32,000 bases of DNA from Candidatus Methanoperedens sp. (GCA_027460535.1 JAPZAR010000029.1:1-32000); one strand, 5' to 3'; numbered from the stretch's first letter, positions 17,718 to 26,132 are shown. Notes: generated by a model not told the origin, from the sequence alone. Made by a program: numbers and translations.

Positions 17718-17800
17718 ACGGGCAGTCAAGAACCACTTTAATACCTGTGGAGTCTGCATAATATTAACAATTCGAAAAACAAAAAGGAAGAATAAAATAA
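17718..17800 (+). repeat. direct repeat, copy 2 (remnant of a paralogous gene 3' end plus spacer)
   Basis: It encodes the remnant ...LRHGQSRTTLIPVESA*, compare ...MENGQSKTTLMPVHSVQQ* in copy 1. This is followed by the same TTCGAAAAACAAAAAGGAAGAATAAAATAA spacer. Confidence 0.7.
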
Positions 17801-17922
17801 TATTATAAGGAGGTAGCAATTCATATTCAACAGCATTCCATTACAAAATCTATCATCCTGCATTTGCTGCCTGGGGCATTGATTGTAATATTGTATGTTG
17901 GAACAGCACCCATCGCCATACG

Positions 17923-18558
17923 TTGGGATATCCACCCATCTTTGCAATGCTCCTGGTCTCACTGTTCATTCTGATAACTTTCGAGTTGGGACATCTAATC
18001 TATCAGGGAAAAAAGAGAAATGGCAAATGGTCTCTACGTGGAATAGTTCTCTACCGGGAACATATGCCAATCAGGCTATATGCCTATCTGGTCCCATTGC
18101 TTACAATTCTAGCTTTCATTATTTTGATACTTACAAGCCCGCTTGATACGATTCTGATTGACATGTTATCGTGGCTGCCTAAATGGTTCGTTATGGCGGA
18201 TACGACCCAATATGTGCATTATCCCAAATCATCACTTATCATAACATTTGCACTTGCATTAATGCTCAATGGAATAGTATTTCCACTCATCGAGGAGATT
18301 TATTTTCGCGGATACCTGATGCCACGAATTTCCCGATTTGGTTTGTGGACTCCTGTGATAGGGCATTTTCTTTTCACGATATATCACTTCTGGCAGCCTT
18401 ACAATTATCCAACCGTCTTTTTGGGTGTGCTACCACTAACACTGGCGTTATGGTGGAAACGCAATATCAGACTGGGTATTATTACGCATTGCTTGTTGAA
18501 TATCATAGGAGGTCTTCTAACAATAGGCTTGGTGTTAGGACAAATAATTAAGATGTGA
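17923..18558 (+). CDS. CPBP-family intramembrane glutamic endopeptidase (CAAX/Abi-like); N-terminus apparently in another frame
   Basis: EEIYFRGYL (the EExxxR motif) and FTIYHFWQP / ITHCLLNIIGG (His motifs). The track start is a TTG. The preceding helix SIILHLLPGALIVILYVGTAPIAIRW is encoded in a different frame (17819-17926), downstream of AAGGAGGT at 17808-17814. Confidence 0.7.
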   Translation: MGYPPIFAMLLVSLFILITFELGHLIYQGKKRNGKWSLRGIVLYREHMPIRLYAYLVPLLTILAFIILILTSPLDTILIDMLSWLPKWFVMADTTQYVHYPKSSLIITFALALMLNGIVFPLIEEIYFRGYLMPRISRFGLWTPVIGHFLFTIYHFWQPYNYPTVFLGVLPLTLALWWKRNIRLGIITHCLLNIIGGLLTIGLVLGQIIKM

Positions 18559-18722
18559 ACAAGATGAAACTTAGTAACTTTGGAATATTGATGATGGGTC
18601 AAATCATATCGCGCTTAGATAAATAAAATCTGACTTGATTTTTTTTCAATTATCTCAGGTTTGCAATGCACAATCATTAAAATATACTATGGAGCTATTA
18701 AGGTGCTAGGTGAAGAACGGTT

Positions 18723-19532
18723 ATGAAGTCAGAAATGGCAATGACAAAATCTGCTTATAGAGTCTTAATATTGGGCATAATACTGTCTCTGATTTATTCC
18801 CGGGCTTTCTCTTTCACATTGATACCAGTTTTCGAAGGTTTTGTGCTTGCCATATTTCTTGCATGGTTCATTTCGAAAGTGGATTTGAAACCCCGTAGTG
18901 CATTTATACTCATCTGGTTCAGCCTTTTTATGATTGGATTTTTCAATAATTTGTTAGAAGCGTATTTCTTCACTAAAGTGTACCAATCTGAATCTTTGAT
19001 AATGGCAATTCTAATTTCTCTTTTCATCTCTCTATTGGAAAGCGCCTCAGCGATTTTCCTGTTACGACCTGAAGGAAGCAATGATATAACTGCTGCATTG
19101 AAAAGCCATATAAGATCAAGAACCGCAAGTTCCTGGGTGAAAAGAATAATCGCAGCATCGGCCGTATATTTCCTTATTTATTTCATTTTCGGCTTGATGG
19201 TATCACCGTTCGTGATGCCGTACTACTCGCAACCATCTTCAGGCCTGGTTATACCTTCCATTACGCTAATGATACCCCTTGAGCTTCTGAGAGGATTCAT
19301 TTATGCTGTTGTCCTTTTAGTTGTTTTTGCCGGAATCAAAACAGAGCAGAGATTGAACTTTGCAGTCGCTTCGGCACTGCTCTACATTCCGGGAGCATTC
19401 CTGCCTTTAATTTCCAGCATGATGTCGTTGAGCTTCATTTCTGCAGTCGCGCCTTACCACATGGTTGAGATACTCGCCGATTCGGTGGTATACGGGTACG
19501 CAGCTTCGCGCCTTATAGGCGCAAAAAGTTAA
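18723..19532 (+). CDS. polytopic membrane protein (hypothetical)
   Basis: 269 aa with about 7-8 hydrophobic segments and AGGTG upstream. No family recognised. Adjacent to the CPBP protease. Confidence 0.6.
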   Translation: MKSEMAMTKSAYRVLILGIILSLIYSRAFSFTLIPVFEGFVLAIFLAWFISKVDLKPRSAFILIWFSLFMIGFFNNLLEAYFFTKVYQSESLIMAILISLFISLLESASAIFLLRPEGSNDITAALKSHIRSRTASSWVKRIIAASAVYFLIYFIFGLMVSPFVMPYYSQPSSGLVIPSITLMIPLELLRGFIYAVVLLVVFAGIKTEQRLNFAVASALLYIPGAFLPLISSMMSLSFISAVAPYHMVEILADSVVYGYAASRLIGAKS

Positions 19533-19554
19533 GACTGGAAAACCGTTTAAAAGT

Positions 19555-19962
19555 TCATAACATCTGGGCTTTGCAATTGGTTTTTTCAATACTCAAAATA
19601 TTGTTCAGCCAATTGCAGTCTTCATTGAAATCAAAAAAGAATTGCACCGTTTCTGTCTCCATTAATTCCATTTCTGCCCTGGTATGCGGTGAATCAACCA
19701 AAACAATGGCAGTGTAGTTCACTTTTTCTTCGATTAATCTACTTTGTGACCATATCTTCCACGTCTTATGTGCAGCCAAATCCGTAAAACTAATGCCTCT
19801 CATGTCGATAATCAGGTTAAACCTGCCATATCTGTGAATTACTTTATTGATAATTTCATTGGCTTCATTTATACCGCGTTTTACCTCCTCAACATCTATC
19901 ACACCCGTTATTTGATGAATAATTGTAGCTGGAATCTTTTTGTATTCTGTTGTTTTAATCAT
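19555..19962 (-). CDS. STAS/SpoIIAA-like (DUF3478-like) small protein
   Basis: 135 aa. The pattern ITGVIDVEEVKRGINE...FNLIIDMRGISFTDLAAHKTW is reminiscent of STAS-fold proteins. The assignment is weak. Confidence 0.4.
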   Translation of the reverse strand: MIKTTEYKKIPATIIHQITGVIDVEEVKRGINEANEIINKVIHRYGRFNLIIDMRGISFTDLAAHKTWKIWSQSRLIEEKVNYTAIVLVDSPHTRAEMELMETETVQFFFDFNEDCNWLNNILSIEKTNCKAQML

Positions 19963-20008
19963 TTTATTTGTTATGTCCCTTGCGTTTTGGGAGCATGAGG
20001 ATTATCAT

Positions 20009-20459
20009 TCAAGTCACGGTATACCCCGGACAAATTGTCCAAGGCCTGTAGATACCGTTTCTCTTATTTTCCCCTATTATATTCATATACATCTTGCTCA
20101 CGAATATATTTTCCACAACCTCCCATCCATTCCCAACACTCCCATGGAAACAGCTCGGTGCCCAGAGATGATCACCGCACCATTCCTGAAGGTGGGGAAA
20201 CTCCTTCCTTAATATTCTGCTTGAAACTCCTTTTATCTTCTTTGCGATGAAACTCAGCGAGTACTTTGGAGGATATTTGAAGAAAATATGCACATGGTCT
20301 GGATTTACAGCAATCTCGATGACCATCTCCACGCATGTCTTACAAATTATCCCCTCGCATATCATAGCCACATGCATCCTGCCCCTGTATTTCGGGGAAA
20401 AAACAAGATGGTCAGTGAGCAGCGAAACCGTATGCCTGGCGCAGCTCTTTCCTGTTCAT
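20009..20459 (-). mobile_element. tnpA: IS200/IS605-family tnpA (HUH Y1 transposase), degenerate or frameshifted
   Basis: HLVFSPKYRGR (first strand) and NPDHVHIFFKYPPKYSLSFIAKKIKGVSSRILRKEFPHL (HUH motif plus helix) are classic IS200 TnpA blocks. However, the ATG at 20459 (MNRKELRQAYGFAAH*) is in a different frame from the HLVF segment, so a shift is needed within 20414-20455. Where the family has its Tyr helix (YI..Q), this sequence reads ENIFVSK. There is no tnpB nearby. Confidence 0.7.
20011..20060 (+). repeat. copy D of the dispersed ~50-nt hairpin repeat, at the 3' end of tnpA
   Basis: AAGTCACGGTATACCCCGGACAAATTGTCCAAGGCCTGTAGATACCGTTT. The hairpin is GGACA-AAT-TGTCC at 20028-20040. The last ~17 codons of the tnpA ORF are read through it. 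Confidence 0.65.
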
Positions 20460-20579
20460 ATATTACCACCCGGATATTTCACTTGTTCATCTGCTATATA
20501 AACACGCGAGCGGGGCGAAACTGTTCATAACTTAAGATTCGGTGCAGGGCTTTAATGTGGTGCGATGTGTATAATGCGC

Positions 20580-21938
20580 TCAGAAATCTTTTATGCTTTC
20601 CAGATATTTTCCAGGAGATCGAATCCCATGGAACCCATTTTTCTTCGCGAGCTTTTCAAGCGCCGAATATAATCCGCTGCTGTACTGTGCAGCTTTTTTT
20701 TCTTTCCAGGCAATATCAGCAGGTATTACTTTTTCTGCTGTTTTCCGCAGAATGTATTTGCGCACACCGTTATGTATCTTAAGCACGGGGTCGATCCTCA
20801 AGGCGAGTTCCACAACCTCCCGGTCAAGGTAAGGCACCCGGAGTTCGACTGCATTTGCCATTGTTACGGCATCATCCCTCTCAAGATTTGTCTGTGCGAT
20901 ATTATCGAGATCTTTACGGAGCGCAATTTCGAGCTCATCCGCTTTCATGGATTCATATCGCTTATATCCTGCAAAGAGTTCATCTGCGCCCTGTCCGGAC
21001 ATCATCACGCAGATCCCGTCCTCATTCGCGTCTCTGGATGCAAAATACAATGGCAGGGCTATGCTTATCCTGAGAGGGTCGGTTGATTCAACCGCTCCCA
21101 GCACGTCCGGAAGAGCCGATTCCAGGTCATCCATTGCAAGTTCATGCCAATGAAGTCTATCTGATAATCCAAGAGCAAGAGCCGCTTTTTTTGCCCAATT
21201 CATATCGTGCGATCCTGCCATACCCACTGAGTACAATTCAGAATCGTAAGATAACGCCGCGATAAGAGAACTGTCAAGCCCTCCTGAAAAAGCGATACCA
21301 CACGGCTTATACCTGCGCTTTTCCACAGCCATCTCTATTGCACTGAATAGTGCATCAGAAGCAGTTTGTTCATCTGTAATCCTCTCACCACATGCGAAAC
21401 TTACTACTTTCTTTTGTGTTGTGCCGTTCCCATTATGTGAGAGCATGTATCCGGGTGGAACGGATGATATTTGATTGATGCCTATCACATGAAGCGCTTT
21501 TTTCTCAGACGCGAAAGCAAATACTCCGTTTTCATAACCATAATAAAGTGGCTTTACACCTGCCGGGTCACGAGCAAGTCGGAGTTGATCGCCTGACGCA
21601 TATCCGAAGGCATAATCGCCATCCAATTCCCCGATGGCTGACTCAATGCCTTTTTTTTCGATGAGCGAAAAAAGCACCTCGCTGTCTGAATCCGTTTCAA
21701 TATCAAGCCTTCTCGCAATATCCCTGAAATTATAAATTTCCCCATTGTATGTGAGCGCGCCTCTATTATATACAGGCTGCTTTTTTTCACCTGTGATTTT
21801 CAACAAAACATTGCCTATTGAGATATCGCCGGCAGTGTATACGCCACTGCCATCAGGCCCTCTATGCTTCAGGACATTAATCATTCTCCTGACCAGTATT
21901 TCCGAATCGTTCCCTTTCACACCGGCTATTCCGCACAT
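20580..21938 (-). CDS. asparagine synthase (glutamine-hydrolysing)-like amidotransferase
   Basis: 452 aa. N-terminal MCGIAG (Ntn class-II glutaminase Cys2) and the PP-loop AFSGGLDSSLIAAL in the synthetase domain. Confidence 0.8.
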   Translation of the reverse strand: MCGIAGVKGNDSEILVRRMINVLKHRGPDGSGVYTAGDISIGNVLLKITGEKKQPVYNRGALTYNGEIYNFRDIARRLDIETDSDSEVLFSLIEKKGIESAIGELDGDYAFGYASGDQLRLARDPAGVKPLYYGYENGVFAFASEKKALHVIGINQISSVPPGYMLSHNGNGTTQKKVVSFACGERITDEQTASDALFSAIEMAVEKRRYKPCGIAFSGGLDSSLIAALSYDSELYSVGMAGSHDMNWAKKAALALGLSDRLHWHELAMDDLESALPDVLGAVESTDPLRISIALPLYFASRDANEDGICVMMSGQGADELFAGYKRYESMKADELEIALRKDLDNIAQTNLERDDAVTMANAVELRVPYLDREVVELALRIDPVLKIHNGVRKYILRKTAEKVIPADIAWKEKKAAQYSSGLYSALEKLAKKNGFHGIRSPGKYLESIKDF

Positions 21939-22067
21939 GGTAGCAGTCTATAATATATCTAAAATTTTTTCAATCAATGGGGCTATAACACTGCCTTGTT
22001 TAAAAATGGTTCCATGCCGCATCAGGAATCGTAACCTATTTACCATGCTTTTACCCTTTTAACGGTC

Positions 22068-23165
22068 GTGAAAGCAGTATTAGGCCTTGAAGATGGGACT
22101 TTTGTCAAAGGAGAAGGATTAGGGGTAGAAGGAATCGTTCAGGGAGAGCTCGTTTTTACTACCCAGTACACGGGATATGAGGAAGCTCTCACAGACCCCT
22201 CGTATAAGGGCCAGATACTCATGTTCACATACCCGCTAATTGGCAATTACGGCATAAGCGGTGAGACTTTCCAGTCAGACGGCATGAAAGCAGAAGGACT
22301 GGTTGTAAGAGAAGCCTGCGACCATCCCTCCCACCACAGATCCCGCCGCTCCATTTATGAGTTCCTGAAAGATGAAGGGAAATCAGGCATAATGGGAGTG
22401 GACACTCGGATGCTCACCATAAAAACAAGGGAATACGGCACAATGAAAGCTGCAATAATCACCGGAGATGACGACGGCGAAGAGGCGGTCAGGCTTGCAC
22501 GGGAGCAGCCCGACATAGGCGGCCTTGACCTTATAAGTAAAGTCACATGCAGGGAGCCATATCAGGTAAAAGGCCATGAGGAAGGGGGCAATATCGTGCT
22601 CATGGATTTCGGCGTGAAGCGGAATATCGTTAAAAGCCTGAACAGCAGGGGTATAAATGTAACCGTTGTCCCCGCAGCAACAAGGACGGAGGATATCCTG
22701 AAATACGAACCTGATGCTATTCTTTTATCTAATGGCCCTGGTGACCCGCAGCAGGCAACTAACGGCATAGCTGTTGTCAAAGAGCTTGCAGGGGAGCTTC
22801 CCATCTTTGGAATTTGCCTCGGACATCAGATCATATCCCTTGCCCTCGGCGGAGAGACCTATAAGATGAAATTCGGCCATCGTGGAGCCAACCAACCCGT
22901 AAAAGACCTGAAAAAGGGCATCGTGTATATCACCTCGCAGAACCACGGCTATGCTGTGGATGAAAGCAGCATAGATAAGAAGGAGGCTTCCATAACCCAG
23001 CTCAACACCAATGACGGGACGGTTGAAGGGCTGGAGCATAAATATCTGGATATCATGTCGGTCCAGTATCATCCAGAGGCACATCCCGGGCCCCTGGATA
23101 CTGAGAAGATCTTTTTTGATAGGGTTGCTGAGAAAACCAGAATGATGAAAGTAAAGGTTAAATAA
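22068..23165 (+). CDS. carA: carbamoyl-phosphate synthase small (glutaminase) subunit
   Basis: 365 aa, GTG start. AVLGLEDGTFVKGEGLG N-terminus, FGICLGHQ catalytic Cys, and VQYHPEAHPGP His/Glu. No carB follows. Confidence 0.9.
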   Translation: MKAVLGLEDGTFVKGEGLGVEGIVQGELVFTTQYTGYEEALTDPSYKGQILMFTYPLIGNYGISGETFQSDGMKAEGLVVREACDHPSHHRSRRSIYEFLKDEGKSGIMGVDTRMLTIKTREYGTMKAAIITGDDDGEEAVRLAREQPDIGGLDLISKVTCREPYQVKGHEEGGNIVLMDFGVKRNIVKSLNSRGINVTVVPAATRTEDILKYEPDAILLSNGPGDPQQATNGIAVVKELAGELPIFGICLGHQIISLALGGETYKMKFGHRGANQPVKDLKKGIVYITSQNHGYAVDESSIDKKEASITQLNTNDGTVEGLEHKYLDIMSVQYHPEAHPGPLDTEKIFFDRVAEKTRMMKVKVK

Positions 23166-23826
23166 CCACTCTGCCTCATCCCCGACTTTATCTCTTCCCC
23201 GAGCTTTCGTTTTTGTGCCCGGTCCACGTCAGCCATGAGTTCGCTTCGCAGATGCACTTCAGAGAGTTCCTGGTTCCTCACATGGCTGCGTCCATGGCCG
23301 CGGTCATCGTGGTCGTACCTTCTTAAAATTCCTATTGCAATTAATCCTCCATCTTTTTTTGTTTAGCATACCTTATGCAGGCTTCAGAGGTGTCTATTGT
23401 AATGCCTCTGTTTACTAATTTATCCAGGTATTGCTTTGAGTCTTCCGAAATTCTTGCGCTTATTGCGTATTATCTGCTTACGATATTAGAAACCTCTGTG
23501 TTTGCTAATGTATACAATGGAAAACGATATATATCCATAAGGATTACCTTTAAATCATAATGATACTAATAATTATAATTTAGCTATCTTTGTTAAATGT
23601 GATGATATTAATGATATTCAACTGGAACAAAAAAGGAGAGGAAAAATCGAATAATGCCCCAGAAATGTGGTATCAAAAAACCAAACGGATCCAAAGACCA
23701 TTGGAGCCAGGGAAAAGAAATGTTCGGGCTGTGGCTCGACCCATCTCCATACAGGCAGGCTTCAGCGGGGAGTAAGACAGGATAAGAACCAAACTGAACG
23801 TGGCTGAATTTCAATAAGAGGTAAAT

Positions 23827-25128
23827 ATGAGACAACAAAAAAATCCATTAGAAAAACTACTTTCCGGCACTAGCGCATCGGCAAAAATCCCATCGGTGGC
23901 AAAAGAGGGGATTGTTTCGCTGCTTATCAGCATCGTGGCGAACGAGGCCACCTCAAACATAGGAATCTTCTCTGCCGGGAGCCTATTGCGTCTTCTCCTA
24001 ATGTTCCTTGTGACACTGGGCATAATACACTACTCGCTCAGGATACTGGAGCAGAATAAAAGAAATCACGCAAAACTTGAGGACTTACGGGAAGCGAATA
24101 GCAGGAAAATGCTAAATAGCCTGAGCAGTGCCCGCACTATTCTTGATCGCATTATTCAGAATTCTGGTGAGGTGACGGAGCTTCGCACCTTAAGGACAAG
24201 GCTCACTTCCACTATCTTTGAAGCTCAGAACCCGAACATGGAGAAGTTCAATAAAAGACCGGCGACGATAGAAGAATTCAACTCATCGGAGCAACTGGTT
24301 GTTGAGTGCGCGGAAAAGCTTGTAGAGGAACTTGAGCTGCAATTGACGGGCGAAGTGAATATAAATGCCATTGCTCGCCTTGTGGATGCGGCAGGGGAAG
24401 CTGTCCATAGCCGAATAACGCTAACTAAAGATCTAAAAGATCTATATATTGAGAGCATTAAAGAAGAAGAATACGAAAGGAAGAAAATACCGAAGGAAGC
24501 TTCTTCAGAATTAAAGCTCTACCTGAACACCCTTCGGGCAAAATATGCATCGAACAGACCTGAAATACTTCATACTGGAGATTACCTTCCAGATGCAAGA
24601 TGGGAATATCGCGCAGGCGATAAGAATGTCATCGCAAAATTATCCCAGGGATTTGGGACCCCACTTTTAATAGAAGCAAGGTGGCAGGATAGCGGCGTGA
24701 TAGAGTGCGTGCAGAAAGAAGCCGAGGGTACTAAAAAGAACCAGTATAAATGCCTCTGCCTTGTTAATACTTCGTGGGAAAGGGAGAGCAGGGATTTCGC
24801 AGTGAGTTATTTCCATCCGCAGTTATCTCTTTACCTGTATGGGTTGAAAGAGGGACTTTTTTACAATAAAGAGAATTCCGCAGCAAGCCATTACGAGTTC
24901 TGGTTCAATAATGAGCAAAAATATGAGACACTGGAAGAGCGCGCAGAAAAGTTCATCGAGACAAATGAATTCTTTATAGCTCATGATATGGCAAGTTCGC
25001 TTGGATTGAAGGCCGATGGTGCGGAAAAGCTGCTGGACAGGCTTGAGAATATTGGGGCTATCACGGATGTTAGCTTTAAATCGGATACTGAAAGGAAGTA
25101 CACAAAGTCAAAAAAAGAGGAACATTAA
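23827..25128 (+). CDS. membrane-anchored coiled-coil protein with a C-terminal restriction-endonuclease-like (Mrr-like) module and wHTH-like tail
   Basis: 433 aa with AGAGGT upstream. Two N-terminal TM helices (IVSLLISIVANEA, LLRLLLMFLVTLGIIHYSL), then ~180 aa of helical/coiled sequence, then GTPLLIEARW...YKCLCLVNTSWERESRDFA...LYLYGLKEGL (Mrr_cat-like by eye). The tail is FIAHDMASSLGLKADGAEKLLDRLENIGAI. Confidence 0.55.
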   Translation: MRQQKNPLEKLLSGTSASAKIPSVAKEGIVSLLISIVANEATSNIGIFSAGSLLRLLLMFLVTLGIIHYSLRILEQNKRNHAKLEDLREANSRKMLNSLSSARTILDRIIQNSGEVTELRTLRTRLTSTIFEAQNPNMEKFNKRPATIEEFNSSEQLVVECAEKLVEELELQLTGEVNINAIARLVDAAGEAVHSRITLTKDLKDLYIESIKEEEYERKKIPKEASSELKLYLNTLRAKYASNRPEILHTGDYLPDARWEYRAGDKNVIAKLSQGFGTPLLIEARWQDSGVIECVQKEAEGTKKNQYKCLCLVNTSWERESRDFAVSYFHPQLSLYLYGLKEGLFYNKENSAASHYEFWFNNEQKYETLEERAEKFIETNEFFIAHDMASSLGLKADGAEKLLDRLENIGAITDVSFKSDTERKYTKSKKEEH

Positions 25129-25359
25129 GCTGTGATAAAGAGGCGCTTCAGAAGTACCGCTTCAAGAGGCACTGGAAGGAAAGCAGCCAAGAAATCTTCG
25201 CCACCTGACTTTGAGAAGGCCATGAAAGGAAGAGGTTCATCCATAATCCCATGGATGGCTGTTGAGCAAATAAAAAGAAGCGGGGAAGAAGAGCTTTTCG
25301 CGAGATGTTGAAACTTGGAGAAAGGTTAGACAGGTTCAATAATATCGCGATATAAAACC

Positions 25360-25772
25360 TTACATTTTCCATCTGTCATCGATGGGAAAACACTCATTTA
25401 TCCACATCAAGATTTCTTCATTAAAGATAATTTTGTATTCCCTCGAAAGCACGGGAATATCTCCAAAGAACTCATGCCGGATGATTTCCATCTTTAAAAT
25501 ATCCCTGCGGGTCTCAAGCTTATAGTCCCTCAGGATCCTGCCTATCGGTATATCGAGGTAACGATGCGCCTGTTAACTTCATCCCCTTTTTCTATTTCCA
25601 GAAGCTCCGCAATGGAGGGTGTTGCTTTTATTAGAGCCTGTTCCAGGGTTTTGACTTCTACATCTTTCCCTGTGAGCACTTCAAGAAGCTGTGTGATCGA
25701 GCCATCGGTTCCGGCACAGATACGAAGACAGGTGGGAATCTCCGGTCTCTTAAGGATATCCCACAAATTCAA
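25360..25772 (-). pseudogene. DUF98 / chorismate-lyase-like (UTRA-fold) gene, frameshifted
   Basis: Track ORF 25542..25772 (ICAGTDGSITQLLEVLTGKDVEVKTLEQ) ends at a TAG. The family's C-terminal half (LDIPIGRILRDYKLETRRDI...MWINECFPIDD) continues in another frame down to TAA 25360-25362. The shift must lie within 25545-25572. Confidence 0.5.
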
Positions 25773-25969
25773 TCTCCCTGTACTGCTTTTTTGGCTTGTT
25801 TCAGTCGTTCCTTGGCGGTATGACCCGTGGCCTCTTCAAGAAATACCCTGTAGCGCTTATTGGTTTCAAGGATCACTTCGTTGCTTACATCCTTATTAGA
25901 TTCAGTATCCACTCTGAGCTTTTTGTTTTCAATCCATACTATTAACCGCCCGAAAGCGCCATAACTCAT
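25769..25969 (-). CDS. small conserved archaeal protein (DUF5611-like by memory)
   Basis: 66 aa from ATG 25969 (MSYGAFGRLIVWIENKKLRVDTES...FLEEATGHTAKERLKQAKK). The frame stays open 42 codons further upstream (..QEYSFKRGYSPDPARIRNVLEKNFPAEIKEANGQLT) with no ATG, GTG or TTG. An ATG at 26099 lies one frame off. Confidence 0.45.
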   Translation of the reverse strand: MSYGAFGRLIVWIENKKLRVDTESNKDVSNEVILETNKRYRVFLEEATGHTAKERLKQAKKAVQGD

Positions 25970-26132
25970 AGTGAGCTGACCATTCGCTTCTTTAATCTCT
26001 GCGGGGAAATTCTTCTCCAGTACATTCCGGATCCTTGCCGGGTCCGGTGAATAACCACGTTTAAATGAATACTCCTGAATAATATCACCAACGACTCATA
26101 GGTGGTATAAGATTAAAAAATTACCGAAAAAC

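Noticed and set aside
23069-23281. 70-aa minus-strand ORF overlapping the carA 3' end by ~97 nt
   Set aside because: Its downstream half is simply the antisense of carA. Only the upstream part (23166-23340) looks protein-like, so I treat it as a possible gene fragment (see the carA finding) rather than a live gene.
25148-25372. 74-aa minus-strand ORF and several short plus-strand frames between the 433-aa gene and DUF98
   Set aside because: No frame gives a convincing protein. The short protein-like stretches switch between three frames (for example EALQKYRFKRHWKESSQEIF, then PPDFEKAMKGRGSS..). This is at best a decayed remnant.
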